Source of the DNA: Candidatus Poribacteria bacterium
Lineage (GTDB): Bacteria > Poribacteria > WGA-4E > WGA-3G
Direction: 5' to 3'
DNA: 64,000 nucleotides
Assembly: GCA_964291315.2 (NCBI GenBank)
Contig: OZ219752.1
Location: 128,001 to 192,000, forward strand
Positions 21,432 through 31,240 of this stretch are shown here, piece after piece. The translations under genes were made by a program, and so were the position numbers. Positions within the stretch are counted from its first letter, which is position 1, and each line of letters begins with the position of its first letter. The notes below the pieces were generated by a model that ran no database searches, was not told where the DNA came from, and saw nothing but the letters and a program-made list of their open reading frames with translations.

Positions 21432-22652
21432 TCAATACTGATCTGGAGACCAGAAGATGACATCACGTTTAGGGAACAAAACCCGCAAAAACGCAGCGGT
21501 CTCTGAGGATGCTGCAGAATCCGATCCTATCTGCTCCCACCCAAAGTTGCCGAACAAGAGCTGCCAGAAATCTGCCTCAGTTAAATCTACACTCAAATCA
21601 ACAGCGTCCACATCACTTTCAGAGACAATTTGCAGCGTGCCGTCGGCGTTATGGCGCAACACCAACTGTTCATTATTAAGCGTCGGCAATTTGACAACAA
21701 GTGGTGGAAATCTCCCTTCGGTGACTGCAATTCTCGATTCCCATTCGACGATCAAGCGCCGTAAAAATACAGACGGCTGAACGGCATAGAGCATCATTCC
21801 CGTGTATTCTGTTCGCGTTACCTGCCTGTTGCCTCCCGCTATCAGCCGCTCCACAAACGGGTGCTGAGGCGGAAATCTGCCTTCTATCTCCGCTACTCCT
21901 TGTACTTCACAGGTTTGTAAGAAGTGAGAGGCCAGTGCGTCCAGAACCCCCAGATTATCAGGGTCATATCCCACTTCGTGCACCTCCACCCGTTTTCGGT
22001 CTATCTCATAGTTGAGATACCCCTCGATATGTCCCTGCCGACGCGCAATAAGGGTAGGAAAAACACCGCGAATACGTGAAGGTGCCATATCCCAATAAGC
22101 ACGCGTTCGCGCAATAGTTCCGCTCTGTGCCGCATTGGCGAGATCGTATAATGCTGCAAGCCCCTCCAAATCGGTTTCTGGGTTGAAATTTGTTACGTGC
22201 CAATCCGCTGATCTTACAATACGCAGCGCCGATTCGTACGTCAGGCTGAAACCTTGTAGGGGCAAAGAGGTCCATCCCAACCAACGGTAAAAAGTCTCCG
22301 GAATAATTGTAAACAGTACCCCGAGATCACACCCTATCGTCTGTAGATAATAGACTGTATCTCGCATAAGGGCAGACGCATAACCAACGCCACGATAATG
22401 TGGATGGGTGCAGACACCACCGATCCCCCCCATCATTACGAGGGACGCGCCAACCCGTATCCGACGTTCCCAAATACGCAAGGTTGAAACGACACGCTCA
22501 TTGACCACAACGACACGGGTCTGGGGAAGTCTGTAACTGCTATCCCCTCTGATATACTGCCAGTAACGTTCATGTCCATCAGGATTAAACGCTAGACAGC
22601 ACAGTTCAACCACCTGTTCTAATTCTGCTTCACGTGCACCTCTAATTTCCAT
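21432..22652 (-). CDS. Eis-like GNAT N-acetyltransferase
   Basis: 'GGIGGVCTHPHYRGVGYASALM', 'FYRWLGW'; tandem GNAT folds plus a C-terminal SCP-like region. Start MEIRGA at 22652. Confidence 0.85.
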   Translation of the reverse strand: MEIRGAREAELEQVVELCCLAFNPDGHERYWQYIRGDSSYRLPQTRVVVVNERVVSTLRIWERRIRVGASLVMMGGIGGVCTHPHYRGVGYASALMRDTVYYLQTIGCDLGVLFTIIPETFYRWLGWTSLPLQGFSLTYESALRIVRSADWHVTNFNPETDLEGLAALYDLANAAQSGTIARTRAYWDMAPSRIRGVFPTLIARRQGHIEGYLNYEIDRKRVEVHEVGYDPDNLGVLDALASHFLQTCEVQGVAEIEGRFPPQHPFVERLIAGGNRQVTRTEYTGMMLYAVQPSVFLRRLIVEWESRIAVTEGRFPPLVVKLPTLNNEQLVLRHNADGTLQIVSESDVDAVDLSVDLTEADFWQLLFGNFGWEQIGSDSAASSETAAFLRVLFPKRDVIFWSPDQY

Positions 22653-22703
22653 TTTCTGTCCTAAACTTAAGATATGTTGCCGATGTACAACTGCACAACA
22701 CAA

Positions 22704-23753
22704 CTACTGCATAGAGAAAACAACCCCTAAAGCCTCATTCGGTCTCTGGATTAATTTTTCACATCCTTCGGAGGCTTGATCAATTGGAATAATATGTGTA
22801 ATCAAAGGCTTTACTCGAACTTTACCTTCGGACATCAGGCGTAGCGATAGTTCCAAGTTGCGCTGTGTTGGCCATGGCACAAACACCGGCGGATAATCCG
22901 CGCCGTGTTCATAAGCCTCGTCGTGATAACCCGGTCCAGTTCGAGCTGCACTAATCACATCCACGTTGCCAAGTCCGGCTGCGAAACCGTGCGTAATATT
23001 CGCCCCGCCTACAATAACAATTCGCCCGACTTTGTGCGTATCGGGTGCAGTCTTCAGCGACGTTCGGATCTGCTGAAACGCGCTCGTTGCATCGCCACCA
23101 AAAGCAATAACCCCGCAATCCATACCGTAGCCATTGGTAAATTCTTGTGCAATAGGAATCGGATCCGTCTCAGCAACATTTATTGCCCGATGTATCCCGG
23201 ATTTTTCAGCAATACCTACTCGTAGCGGCAACCTGTCCAGCCCAAGCACATAGGCACCAGCGGCTTTCGCTATCTGTGATGCAAACTGTCCGACGATACC
23301 TAACCCGGCAACAACGACGTTTTCACCGATACGGATATGCCCACGTTGTACAGCGTGCAGGGCAGTTGCTGCGAGATGGTTAGAAGCAGCTTCCTCATAA
23401 CTGACATTATCAGGAATCATCGCGCATAAATTATGCGGTACACAAGTATAGGTGGCATGAAGCGCGTAGCCTCCGCCCATGCCGGACACCCTATCACCGA
23501 TCTCGAATTCGTCACAGTCGCCTACTTTGTCGATGATAACACCAGCGTTTGTATACCCGAAGGGACGTTGCCACGCTTCAGACCCCGGACTCTCGCGTCG
23601 CCGTTTGATACCGCCTAGTTCTGTACCGGGGCTTACCATCGAAGCGTGAACTTCAATCAAGAGCTGCCCTGGTTTTAGCGCAGGCGTTTCCTGTTCTCCT
23701 GTCCAGATACGCCCCGCCTCATTCATCATCAAAACTTTTCTCGTTTCACCCAT
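22704..23753 (-). CDS. MDR / zinc-binding dehydrogenase family oxidoreductase
   Basis: 'SPGTE', 'PFGYTNAG', 'VVAGLGIVGQ', 'LITHIIP'. Lacks the structural-zinc Cys cluster. Confidence 0.85.
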   Translation of the reverse strand: MGETRKVLMMNEAGRIWTGEQETPALKPGQLLIEVHASMVSPGTELGGIKRRRESPGSEAWQRPFGYTNAGVIIDKVGDCDEFEIGDRVSGMGGGYALHATYTCVPHNLCAMIPDNVSYEEAASNHLAATALHAVQRGHIRIGENVVVAGLGIVGQFASQIAKAAGAYVLGLDRLPLRVGIAEKSGIHRAINVAETDPIPIAQEFTNGYGMDCGVIAFGGDATSAFQQIRTSLKTAPDTHKVGRIVIVGGANITHGFAAGLGNVDVISAARTGPGYHDEAYEHGADYPPVFVPWPTQRNLELSLRLMSEGKVRVKPLITHIIPIDQASEGCEKLIQRPNEALGVVFSMQ

Positions 23754-23881
23754 AAATAGTCCTTTTCAGCAATCTTGTTTGTTGTTCTAATTGATTCGAG
23801 CACAAGTGTAGTTGACTCCTCTGAAAAAACGCTTAGCATTACAGACATCCGTGTCGTTTCCATGCTGTCAGTTTTCTGTCG

Positions 23882-24934
23882 TTAACTGCCTGAGGCCTGC
23901 CTCTTGGAGAACGTTTCCCATTTATCCTCTTGAACGGCTTCACTATCAGTCTTTTGTTGGATAGTAAGCCACCACTCCTGATTTTCCATATACCACTGAA
24001 CAGTCTCACACATCCCCTCTTCAAATGGGATTTTCGGTTCCCACCCAATGTCACGGGCGATTTTCCGTGAATCTAATAGATACCGGCAATCGTGTCCTGG
24101 TCTGTCAGGAACATAAGTTTTTAAGTGATGCGGTTTATCGAGAACGTCCAAGATGAAGTCGCTAATTTCCTCAATGCTTTTCTCTACACCGCTCCCGACA
24201 TTATAAGTTTCTCCGACTTTGCCGCGCTTGATAACAGCAGCAACTGCTCGGCAGTGGTCTTCGACATGCAACCATTCCCTTCGGTTATGACTGCTTCGAT
24301 AGAGCGTCAAAGGTAAATTCTGGATCGCATTCGTTGTAAACAACGGAATGAGTTTTTCTGGGTGCTGGTAAGGACCATAATTGTTTGCACAATTGGAGAT
24401 CGTAATCGGTGTACCAAAGCTGTGAAAATAAGCGTTTACGAGATGATCAGCTGCCGCCTTAGAGGCGTTGTAGGGAGTCTGCGGACGATACGGCCCACTT
24501 TCGCTGAACGTGTCAGGTGAATCTAAGGGGAGTTCACCATAGATCTCACAGGTGGAAATGTGGTGAAACCGTTCTATACCACACTTTTGAACTGCGTCTA
24601 ATAGTACTTGTGTGCCCATCACGTTCGTCTCGAAGAAACGCCTCGGATGTAGAATCGCACGACTGTTGTGCGATTCCGCGGCAAAATTGACAATCACATC
24701 CGGACGTTCTGTTTCCAAAATATTTTCTACAAGGCCAGCATTTAGAATGTCACCGTGGGCAAATTTGTAGCGATCGGGAGAGTGGGTTTCTGCTATATCT
24801 GTCAGATTAGAGAGGTTTCCAGCGTACGTCAACAGGTCGAGGTTAACAATAGCGTCGTCGGAATGGTGTCGCAGCCAATATCGAATGAAGTTTGTACCGA
24901 TAAACCCGGCACCACCCGTAACTAGTAATTTCAT
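23882..24934 (-). CDS. rfbB: dTDP-glucose 4,6-dehydratase
   Basis: 'LVTGGAGFIG', 'DLLTYAGN', 'FAAESH', 'YNASKA', 'NNYGPYQHPEKLIP', 'DRPGHD'. Confidence 0.93.
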   Translation of the reverse strand: MKLLVTGGAGFIGTNFIRYWLRHHSDDAIVNLDLLTYAGNLSNLTDIAETHSPDRYKFAHGDILNAGLVENILETERPDVIVNFAAESHNSRAILHPRRFFETNVMGTQVLLDAVQKCGIERFHHISTCEIYGELPLDSPDTFSESGPYRPQTPYNASKAAADHLVNAYFHSFGTPITISNCANNYGPYQHPEKLIPLFTTNAIQNLPLTLYRSSHNRREWLHVEDHCRAVAAVIKRGKVGETYNVGSGVEKSIEEISDFILDVLDKPHHLKTYVPDRPGHDCRYLLDSRKIARDIGWEPKIPFEEGMCETVQWYMENQEWWLTIQQKTDSEAVQEDKWETFSKRQASGS

Positions 24935-25166
24935 CAGAAATTCCTTTCTGAAAGATCGAACATCAGCGTCCGATTTAGATACAACTCCTCAATTGCCACG
25001 TCATCCTTAGATATCTCCATTTTTCCACTCACCAGACTTTTTTCAAATTCGCCCCGCTTTCCTTTTCGCACCGATGTCAAAAGCGACACTTGTACTGTAT
25101 CTATAAATCTACTGAACAACTATATCTTATCAGAAACCGCCCGGACCTGTCAACTTAATAAATTCA

Positions 25167-25195
25167 TTGACAAACGTCAATAGATAAGGTATAAT
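25167..25195 (+). promoter_or_regulatory. Perfect sigma70 promoter with a palindrome over the -35 box
   Basis: TTGACA-17 bp-TATAAT; ATTGAC-aaac-GTCAAT inverted repeat at 25166-25181. Confidence 0.8.
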
Positions 25196-25350
25196 AACTG
25201 ATACGCCTAAATCGTAGATGTGCTACAGTTCACCTATCTAGGCAATTCGAACCGTACACTGTACTCACAGAGTACAATCGCCGTGAAGACAAGGTCTAGT
25301 GAGAAGTTTATTAGCGTTTTGGAAAATTACAAGGCGATTAAGGAAAACCC

Positions 25351-25656
25351 ATGAAAGTTATTGCAGATCTCTGCGTTGTTCCGATGGGCGTAGGGGTTTC
25401 GGTCTCAGAGTACGTTGCCGCATGTGAAAAAGTGCTTGAAGAAGCAGGATTGGAAACGAAATTGCACGCCTACGGTACTAACATCGAAGGGGATTGGGAT
25501 ACCCTGTTTGCGGCGATTCGACGGTGCCATGAAGTCATCCATGAGATGGGCGCACCCCGAATTACAACCACGCTTAAGTTCGGTACCCGGGTCGACAGAA
25601 CGCAAAACATGGATGATAAAATTACCAGTGTCCAACAGCAGTTAACTGCAGAGTAA
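25351..25656 (+). CDS. MTH1187/YkoF family thiamine-binding protein
   Basis: 'IADLCVVPMG..SVSEYVA', 'LHAYGTNIEG.WD', 'GAPRITT', 'TRVDR'. Confidence 0.92.
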   Translation: MKVIADLCVVPMGVGVSVSEYVAACEKVLEEAGLETKLHAYGTNIEGDWDTLFAAIRRCHEVIHEMGAPRITTTLKFGTRVDRTQNMDDKITSVQQQLTAE

Positions 25657-25799
25657 CCGGAGGCCGTTTCCAAACTCAACTGAGAGCGTACATTTAATAT
25701 TTCTGGTAACTCATGCTTATCTGTTTTCGTCTGTTGTAGACAGATAGCAACAAATCAATAAACAGTATTTTAACCAATATAAGGAGATTAGCCATAAAG

Positions 25800-26492
25800 A
25801 TGAAAAGCAGATTTACGTTTCTAGCAGTGTGCGCCGTCGCATCTTTTCTTACGGCACAATGTATCGCTGTTCCGGATAAAATCGAGGGGCCTTGGCTGTG
25901 GATGATCACTGAGATGGACGCAGGTCAAGGCGGGGCCGCTTCAACTGACATTGATGGTATAAAAGAGGCAACAAACGGAAAATTAACGGAAGAAGACATC
26001 GCTACAGAGGGCATTACGGACAATATTCTCAAAGTTAAATTCCCGGACAAACTTCAATGGACTGAAGGCGAAATTGCTGCCATCGGAGGGAACAATATCA
26101 ACGATATGCTCATTAAAATCAAATTGGGACCTGGGGGCGATATCAACGACTATTGTTCCTATGCCGTCATCAATGTTGTCTCAAAGAGTAAGAAGAATGC
26201 CGTTGAAGCGCGCGCCGGAAGCGATGATTCCATTAAGATATGGATGAACGGTAAAGAAGTTCATAACAACCCTGTCAACCGCGGGGCTAGCGATTTTCTG
26301 GACACATTCGAGGTGGATCTAAAAAAAGGCGATAACGTTTTCCTTGTTAAAGTCTGTGAACGCGGTGGTGGTTGGAGCATGTTCGTCGGCATTGACGCAG
26401 ATTTGGAGTACAACCTCGATTTCAAAGGACTTCCCGTTGAACCCGCCGGTAAATTGGCGGCACAGTGGGCAGAAATCAAACGCTCTTATTGA
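25800..26492 (+). CDS. Secreted hypothetical protein with one galactose-binding/PA14-like domain and a conserved C-terminal motif
   Basis: Signal peptide, 'KIEGPWLWMI', 'GSDDSIKIWMNG', 'LVKVCERGGGWSMFVG', tail 'LPVEPAGKLAAQWAEIK'. Confidence 0.8.
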   Translation: MKSRFTFLAVCAVASFLTAQCIAVPDKIEGPWLWMITEMDAGQGGAASTDIDGIKEATNGKLTEEDIATEGITDNILKVKFPDKLQWTEGEIAAIGGNNINDMLIKIKLGPGGDINDYCSYAVINVVSKSKKNAVEARAGSDDSIKIWMNGKEVHNNPVNRGASDFLDTFEVDLKKGDNVFLVKVCERGGGWSMFVGIDADLEYNLDFKGLPVEPAGKLAAQWAEIKRSY

Positions 26493-26795
26493 GCCGCAAA
26501 GCAGTAATCATTTCTACCAATCGAAACAACACAGGTTTATTAGGGTTATTTGGTTTTGAGATATCTGTAAAACAAATTATTTCTGGATATCCAGATGTAA
26601 ATTAAGATTGTTGGAAAACTAAATAGCCCTAAACACAATATTTTTGCTTGATTTAATTGTCAATTATTTGTTATTATATAATCAGAAAGTTGTTCCATGT
26701 TTGTATGTATCAACATAATGCTGAAACCTTAAATTACAAAATGGGCAACATTAATTTTTTTAGACTAAACCCAAAAATTTAAATGGAGGATTTTC

Positions 26796-28034
26796 ATGTA
26801 TAGGAAAATTTTCGGATTAGGGTTAACATGTCTCGTGGCTCTTTTTGCCATAACATTGGCAAACACTGCTGATGCCCAAGACAAAATCACAGGTCCTTGG
26901 CTTTGGATAATTGCTCCGACGGAAGCCAATGAAGGCGGAGCAAACTCTACCGATATCGATTCACTTGCTGAAGCCAGCGGCGGCGCTGTTACCGAAGACA
27001 TGGTCGCTGCAAACGGCGCTAATGAAGGTGATATGGTGGGAGACTTAGCGTGGACGCTCGGTGAGATTGCCGATACGGGTGGCAACAATGTCAACGATCT
27101 CGTCAATGAACTCGGTTTCGGCGAAGGCGATGTCAATGACCATTCATCTTATGCCCTAATTACGCTTGAGTCTGATAGTGATCAAGCCGGCGTAGATATG
27201 AAAGTCGGTAGTGATGACTCTATCAAGGTTTGGCTCAACGGCGAAGTCGTTCATACCAATGCAGTTAACCGGGGAGCTGGTGATTTTATAGATACCTTTG
27301 CGGTCGACCTGATGGCAGGTGATAACACCTTACTAGTCAAAGTAGGTGAACGCGGTGGTGGTTGGAGCATGTTCGTCGGTATCGATGCAGATGTGAACGC
27401 AGTCTATAAGCCGTTCGCTGCTCCCGTAAGTGGAAAAATCACAGGTCCTTGGCTTTGGATGATTGCTCCGACGGAAGCCAATGAAGGCGGAGCAAACTCT
27501 ACCGACATCGATTCACTCGCTGAAGCTAGCGGCGGCGCTGTTACCGAAGACATGGTCGCTGCAAACGGCGCCAATGCAGGTGATATGGTGGGAGACTTAG
27601 CATGGACCCCGGGTGAGATTGCTGATACAGGCGGCAACAACGCCAACGATCTCGTCAATGAACTCGGTTTCGGCGAAGGCGATGTCAATGACCATTCGCT
27701 TTACGGCTTGATCATCCTGGATGCCCCTGAAGATCAGAGCGGCGTAGATATGAAAGTCGGTAGTGATGACTCTGTCAAGGTCTGGCTCAACGGTGAAGTC
27801 GTTCATACCAATGCAGTTAACCGGGGAGCTGGCGACTTTCTAGATACCTTTTCAGTCGACCTGATGGCAGGTCCTAACATTCTGTTAGTGAAAGTCAGTG
27901 AACGGGGTGGCGGTTGGAGCATGTTCGCCGGTGTCGGTGGTATGTGGGATATCCGCATCGGTGAGTATGGTCCAGTTTCTGTCGAACCCGTTGGTAAACT
28001 CTTCACCACCTGGGGAAGTTTGAAAGCGAAATAA
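26796..28034 (+). CDS. Secreted acidic protein with two tandem copies of the same domain and a conserved C-terminal motif
   Basis: GGAGG RBS, signal peptide, two 'KITGPWLW...GSDDS.KVWLNG...ERGGGWSMF' units, tail 'VSVEPVGKLFTTWGSLK'. Confidence 0.85.
   Translation: MYRKIFGLGLTCLVALFAITLANTADAQDKITGPWLWIIAPTEANEGGANSTDIDSLAEASGGAVTEDMVAANGANEGDMVGDLAWTLGEIADTGGNNVNDLVNELGFGEGDVNDHSSYALITLESDSDQAGVDMKVGSDDSIKVWLNGEVVHTNAVNRGAGDFIDTFAVDLMAGDNTLLVKVGERGGGWSMFVGIDADVNAVYKPFAAPVSGKITGPWLWMIAPTEANEGGANSTDIDSLAEASGGAVTEDMVAANGANAGDMVGDLAWTPGEIADTGGNNANDLVNELGFGEGDVNDHSLYGLIILDAPEDQSGVDMKVGSDDSVKVWLNGEVVHTNAVNRGAGDFLDTFSVDLMAGPNILLVKVSERGGGWSMFAGVGGMWDIRIGEYGPVSVEPVGKLFTTWGSLKAK
26883..27932 (+). repeat. 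Intragenic direct repeat, ~498 bp, two copies (26883-27380 and 27435-27932)
   Basis: Near-identical DNA at a fixed offset of 552 bp. Confidence 0.95.
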
Positions 28035-28042
28035 TATCTCAT

Positions 28043-28121
28043 TCAGTGGCGAAGGTTTCGCCACTGATGTACATAACATAAAGGACACCGCTAAACTGCA
28101 TTGGCGGTGTCCTTTTCTTTT
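28043..28121. terminator. Two hairpins between convergent genes; the second is a likely bidirectional intrinsic terminator
   Basis: TCAGTGGCGAA-ggt-TTCGCCACTGA (28043-28067); AAAGGACACCGC...GCGGTGTCCTTT followed by a T tract (28080-28121). Confidence 0.8.
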
Positions 28122-28133
28122 GAGCAAATGTAT

Positions 28134-28985
28134 CTATCGTCCCATCAGTTCCATAAAGATAGGAAGAGATTCTCTGAACCCGTCCTCGCGAGTACCGTCA
28201 ATTGGGGTATAGACGCTCTCTAAAGAGATCGCCCCTTCGTATCCATCTCTATCCAAAGCGTCTACGATGTCCTTGTAGTAAGGATCCATCTGTCCTTGGC
28301 GCATTTTACAGAAATCAAAAGTCGCTGCTGGCAAATTCACAACGCCATCTTTGAGATGTACGTGCGCGATATGCTCACGGATAGCCTCATAACCGTCGGG
28401 ATACGGTACTTCAGTACAATAAAGAGAGCTGCAAGGATCCCAGAGTACTTTCAGATGTGGTGCGTCTAATTCGTCAATCAATTTTCTCGCGAGGAGCGCC
28501 GATGTCACGTTGCCTGAGATCGCTGTTTCAATGACAAGCGTGATACCTGCGTTATCAGCGATTTGCAACGGTTCTTCCAACCGTTTTAGCAGCAGCGACC
28601 ATGCCCCATCGGAAATAATCGGTTCGGCTCCAAAGAGCACCATCTCTTTCCGGAAGCTGAAAATCCGGACCAAGTTCGTACCAACAGCTTGTGCAACATC
28701 AATACACCGTCGTAAGGTTTTAATGTGTGAACGATATAGAGCATCGACTACAGATGTGTTAATGGGGATTGCAGACAAGTTGTGATGCGAAATACAGGAC
28801 ACCTTTAAATTTCGTTCCGCGATTAAGCTCTTGACCCGTTTGAGGTCCCCTTCTGTCAGGTCGCCGACCTGTTTTTCCCAGAGGTATTGTAATTCAACGT
28901 ATTCCAAGCCGGTCTCTACCATGACATCCAAGGCGTACTCAAAGTCTCGGCTGATTCCGTCTGTGATAGTTCCCAGTTTGTGCAT
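28134..28985 (-). CDS. Sugar phosphate isomerase/epimerase (xylose isomerase-like TIM barrel)
   Basis: Start MHKLGTITDG after GGAGG; 'LVIET', 'LWDP', 'HVHLKD', 'ISLE'. Confidence 0.88.
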   Translation of the reverse strand: MHKLGTITDGISRDFEYALDVMVETGLEYVELQYLWEKQVGDLTEGDLKRVKSLIAERNLKVSCISHHNLSAIPINTSVVDALYRSHIKTLRRCIDVAQAVGTNLVRIFSFRKEMVLFGAEPIISDGAWSLLLKRLEEPLQIADNAGITLVIETAISGNVTSALLARKLIDELDAPHLKVLWDPCSSLYCTEVPYPDGYEAIREHIAHVHLKDGVVNLPAATFDFCKMRQGQMDPYYKDIVDALDRDGYEGAISLESVYTPIDGTREDGFRESLPIFMELMGR

Positions 28986-29061
28986 TGATTTCCTCCGTAT
29001 TTCTATTTCAGCGCGGGATTCAAAGCGCGAAGTAGTGTTCTCACGATAATCATGGGCACAA

Positions 29062-29955
29062 TTATTCTGTCTTTTTGATTTCAATACCCGCGATGTTCTC
29101 TAAAATTTTGATAATAGTCCAATTATCTTCATCGGGGTTTACTGCTTTCCCCGCTTGAAATAGTTCAAAAGCGGCGCTCGCTGTAAAGAGTGGCACTCCA
29201 CAATCGTTTGCCATGTTCTTCGCGAGGCTCAGGTCTTTATACATTGTACCAATATTGCTCTGCCCTTTGAAGTTACGCGTCAAAATATTTTCTGTTGTGT
29301 CTCTAAAGAGAAAATTCCCCACGACGCTCGTATTGACAACATCCCGCAGCATTTCGGGTTTGACCCCGGCTTTTACTGCTAACGTTAGTGCCTCGAAAAT
29401 ACCCGCATAAGTTGTGCCTATTAGTACAGCAAGTGCTGACTTGACGGTTTGCCCCATCCCAACTTCTTCGCCGACGTGGTAAATATCACGTCCTACCGCT
29501 TCAAGTAATGGTTTCGATGCTTCAAAGGTTTCCTTTGGTGCCGACACCATCATTGTGAGGGTCCCTGCCGCTGCACCGGGAGCACCCCCGCTGACAGGTG
29601 CATCAACCATATGAACCCCTTTTGCTCTCATGAGTTCAGCGATCTCCATGACCTGTGAACGTCCAATAGTCGCAGTACAAATGACTGTGGCTCCCGGCTT
29701 AAGCCCCGCCAGCAACCCGCCTTCTCCCAAGAGCACATCTTTCACCTGTTCAACATTCAACACCATCACAAAGATGTGGTCTGCGGCGGTACCAACTTCA
29801 CGTGGTGAACCAGCAACATGAGCACCTTCTTTTGCCAGCACCTCTAGCGGTTCCGGACGGACATCGTAAACAGTGAGCGTGTGCCCCGCTTTTAGCACGT
29901 TTCTTGACATACCTACACCCATGTTCCCAACGCCGATTAGTCCAACTTTAGCCAT
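29062..29955 (-). CDS. 3-hydroxyisobutyrate / tartronate semialdehyde reductase family dehydrogenase
   Basis: 'VGLIGVGNMG', 'DAPVSGG...AAAGTLT', 'GQTVK', 'KDL'. Confidence 0.9.
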   Translation of the reverse strand: MAKVGLIGVGNMGVGMSRNVLKAGHTLTVYDVRPEPLEVLAKEGAHVAGSPREVGTAADHIFVMVLNVEQVKDVLLGEGGLLAGLKPGATVICTATIGRSQVMEIAELMRAKGVHMVDAPVSGGAPGAAAGTLTMMVSAPKETFEASKPLLEAVGRDIYHVGEEVGMGQTVKSALAVLIGTTYAGIFEALTLAVKAGVKPEMLRDVVNTSVVGNFLFRDTTENILTRNFKGQSNIGTMYKDLSLAKNMANDCGVPLFTASAAFELFQAGKAVNPDEDNWTIIKILENIAGIEIKKTE

Positions 29956-30184
29956 AAATTACCTCAATGGTCTCCTATAAGAATTGTTGCGCAGCTACGC
30001 TTACAAGGTATTTTTGGTAAACGAAGCGCGTCTGCTGCGATCTCACTAACATGCCCCCAAAGTTTAGCAGAGGTTTTTAGAAGTGTCAATTAATTTTTCC
30101 ACACCTTGCTAAATTTTCACACACTTTTTTTGTCTTGTGCTAAAATATAGCATTCAATATGAAAGAGTAAGGAGCTAGAAAATA

Positions 30185-31213
30185 ATGGCAGATACCATTA
30201 GAGGCGCCGTCATCGGGTATGGAGCAGCATTTAATATGGGCAAAGCCCACGCAAATATGATGCAACACACCGACGGCATTGAATGTGTCGCTGTCTGCGA
30301 CATCGATCCAGAAAGAACAGCAGCAGCAAAAGAGGATTTTCCCGGAATCCGCACCTATAATAGCGTCGACGAACTCAACGCCGACGAAGGGGTAAATATC
30401 ATCGCAAATGTCCTACCCCATAGTTTCCACTGTAGCACAACCGTCAAAAGCCTCAAGGCTGGAAAACATGTTATCGTTGAAAAACCGATGTGTGTCACCA
30501 CCGTGGAAGCCACCGAGATGATCAGCACCGCCGAAGAAAACGGCGTTACGCTATCTGTTCACCACAACCGACGCTGGGACGCCGACTTCTGGACACTCCG
30601 CGAACTTGTCCACTCGGGTATCATTGGTAAGATTTTCAACGTCGAAATGTGGGGGGGCGGCTACGGTAAACCCGATCCGAATTGGTGGCGTAGCGTCAAA
30701 TCCATCTCCGGCGGGCAATTCTACGACTGGGGCGCACATTACCTCGATTGGCTACTCAATGTCCTTGATACACCGATGATCAACGTCACCGGCTTCTATC
30801 AACCGAATCTCGTCTGGGACGATATTACCAACGAGGACCACGTCCAAGCGATTATTCGTTTCGCCGGTGGAGAAGTTGTAGCAGACGGGGCGATGGCAAA
30901 CGTCCAGATGTCTAACATCGCTAAAATCGGAGGCCCGCGCTGGAAACTCCTCGGTTCTCACGGCGCGATTATTTCTGAAAATGGGGCCTTTAAAGTGCAG
31001 TCTGAAGTCAAGGGTAAGCCCAAAGAACAGACAGTCAGCTACCACGGCAGACCGGGGCCAAGTTACTATGAAAATATCGTCGCACATTTAAACGACGGCA
31101 CCCCTCTAATTGTGACACCAGAATCCGCTCGGCGTGTTATCGCTATAATGGACCTGGCGGAAAAATCTGCTAAGACGCACCAAGCAGAAACGGTACCTTA
31201 CGAGTTTGAGTAG
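30185..31213 (+). CDS. Gfo/Idh/MocA family oxidoreductase
   Basis: 'VIGYGAAFNMG', 'VEKPM', 'HNRRWD', 'GGQFYDWGAH'. Confidence 0.92.
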   Translation: MADTIRGAVIGYGAAFNMGKAHANMMQHTDGIECVAVCDIDPERTAAAKEDFPGIRTYNSVDELNADEGVNIIANVLPHSFHCSTTVKSLKAGKHVIVEKPMCVTTVEATEMISTAEENGVTLSVHHNRRWDADFWTLRELVHSGIIGKIFNVEMWGGGYGKPDPNWWRSVKSISGGQFYDWGAHYLDWLLNVLDTPMINVTGFYQPNLVWDDITNEDHVQAIIRFAGGEVVADGAMANVQMSNIAKIGGPRWKLLGSHGAIISENGAFKVQSEVKGKPKEQTVSYHGRPGPSYYENIVAHLNDGTPLIVTPESARRVIAIMDLAEKSAKTHQAETVPYEFE

Positions 31214-31240
31214 TACCTTTTTATAAACGACGGACTTTAA

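Noticed and set aside
24934-25119. 61-aa ORF whose stop overlaps the rfbB start
   Set aside because: Non-ATG start, no RBS and no recognisable motif; more likely the rfbB 5' leader.
26765-27688. Duplicated antisense ORFs (MTSPSPKPSS...) in the ORF track
   Set aside because: These are shadows of the + strand internal repeat, not genes.
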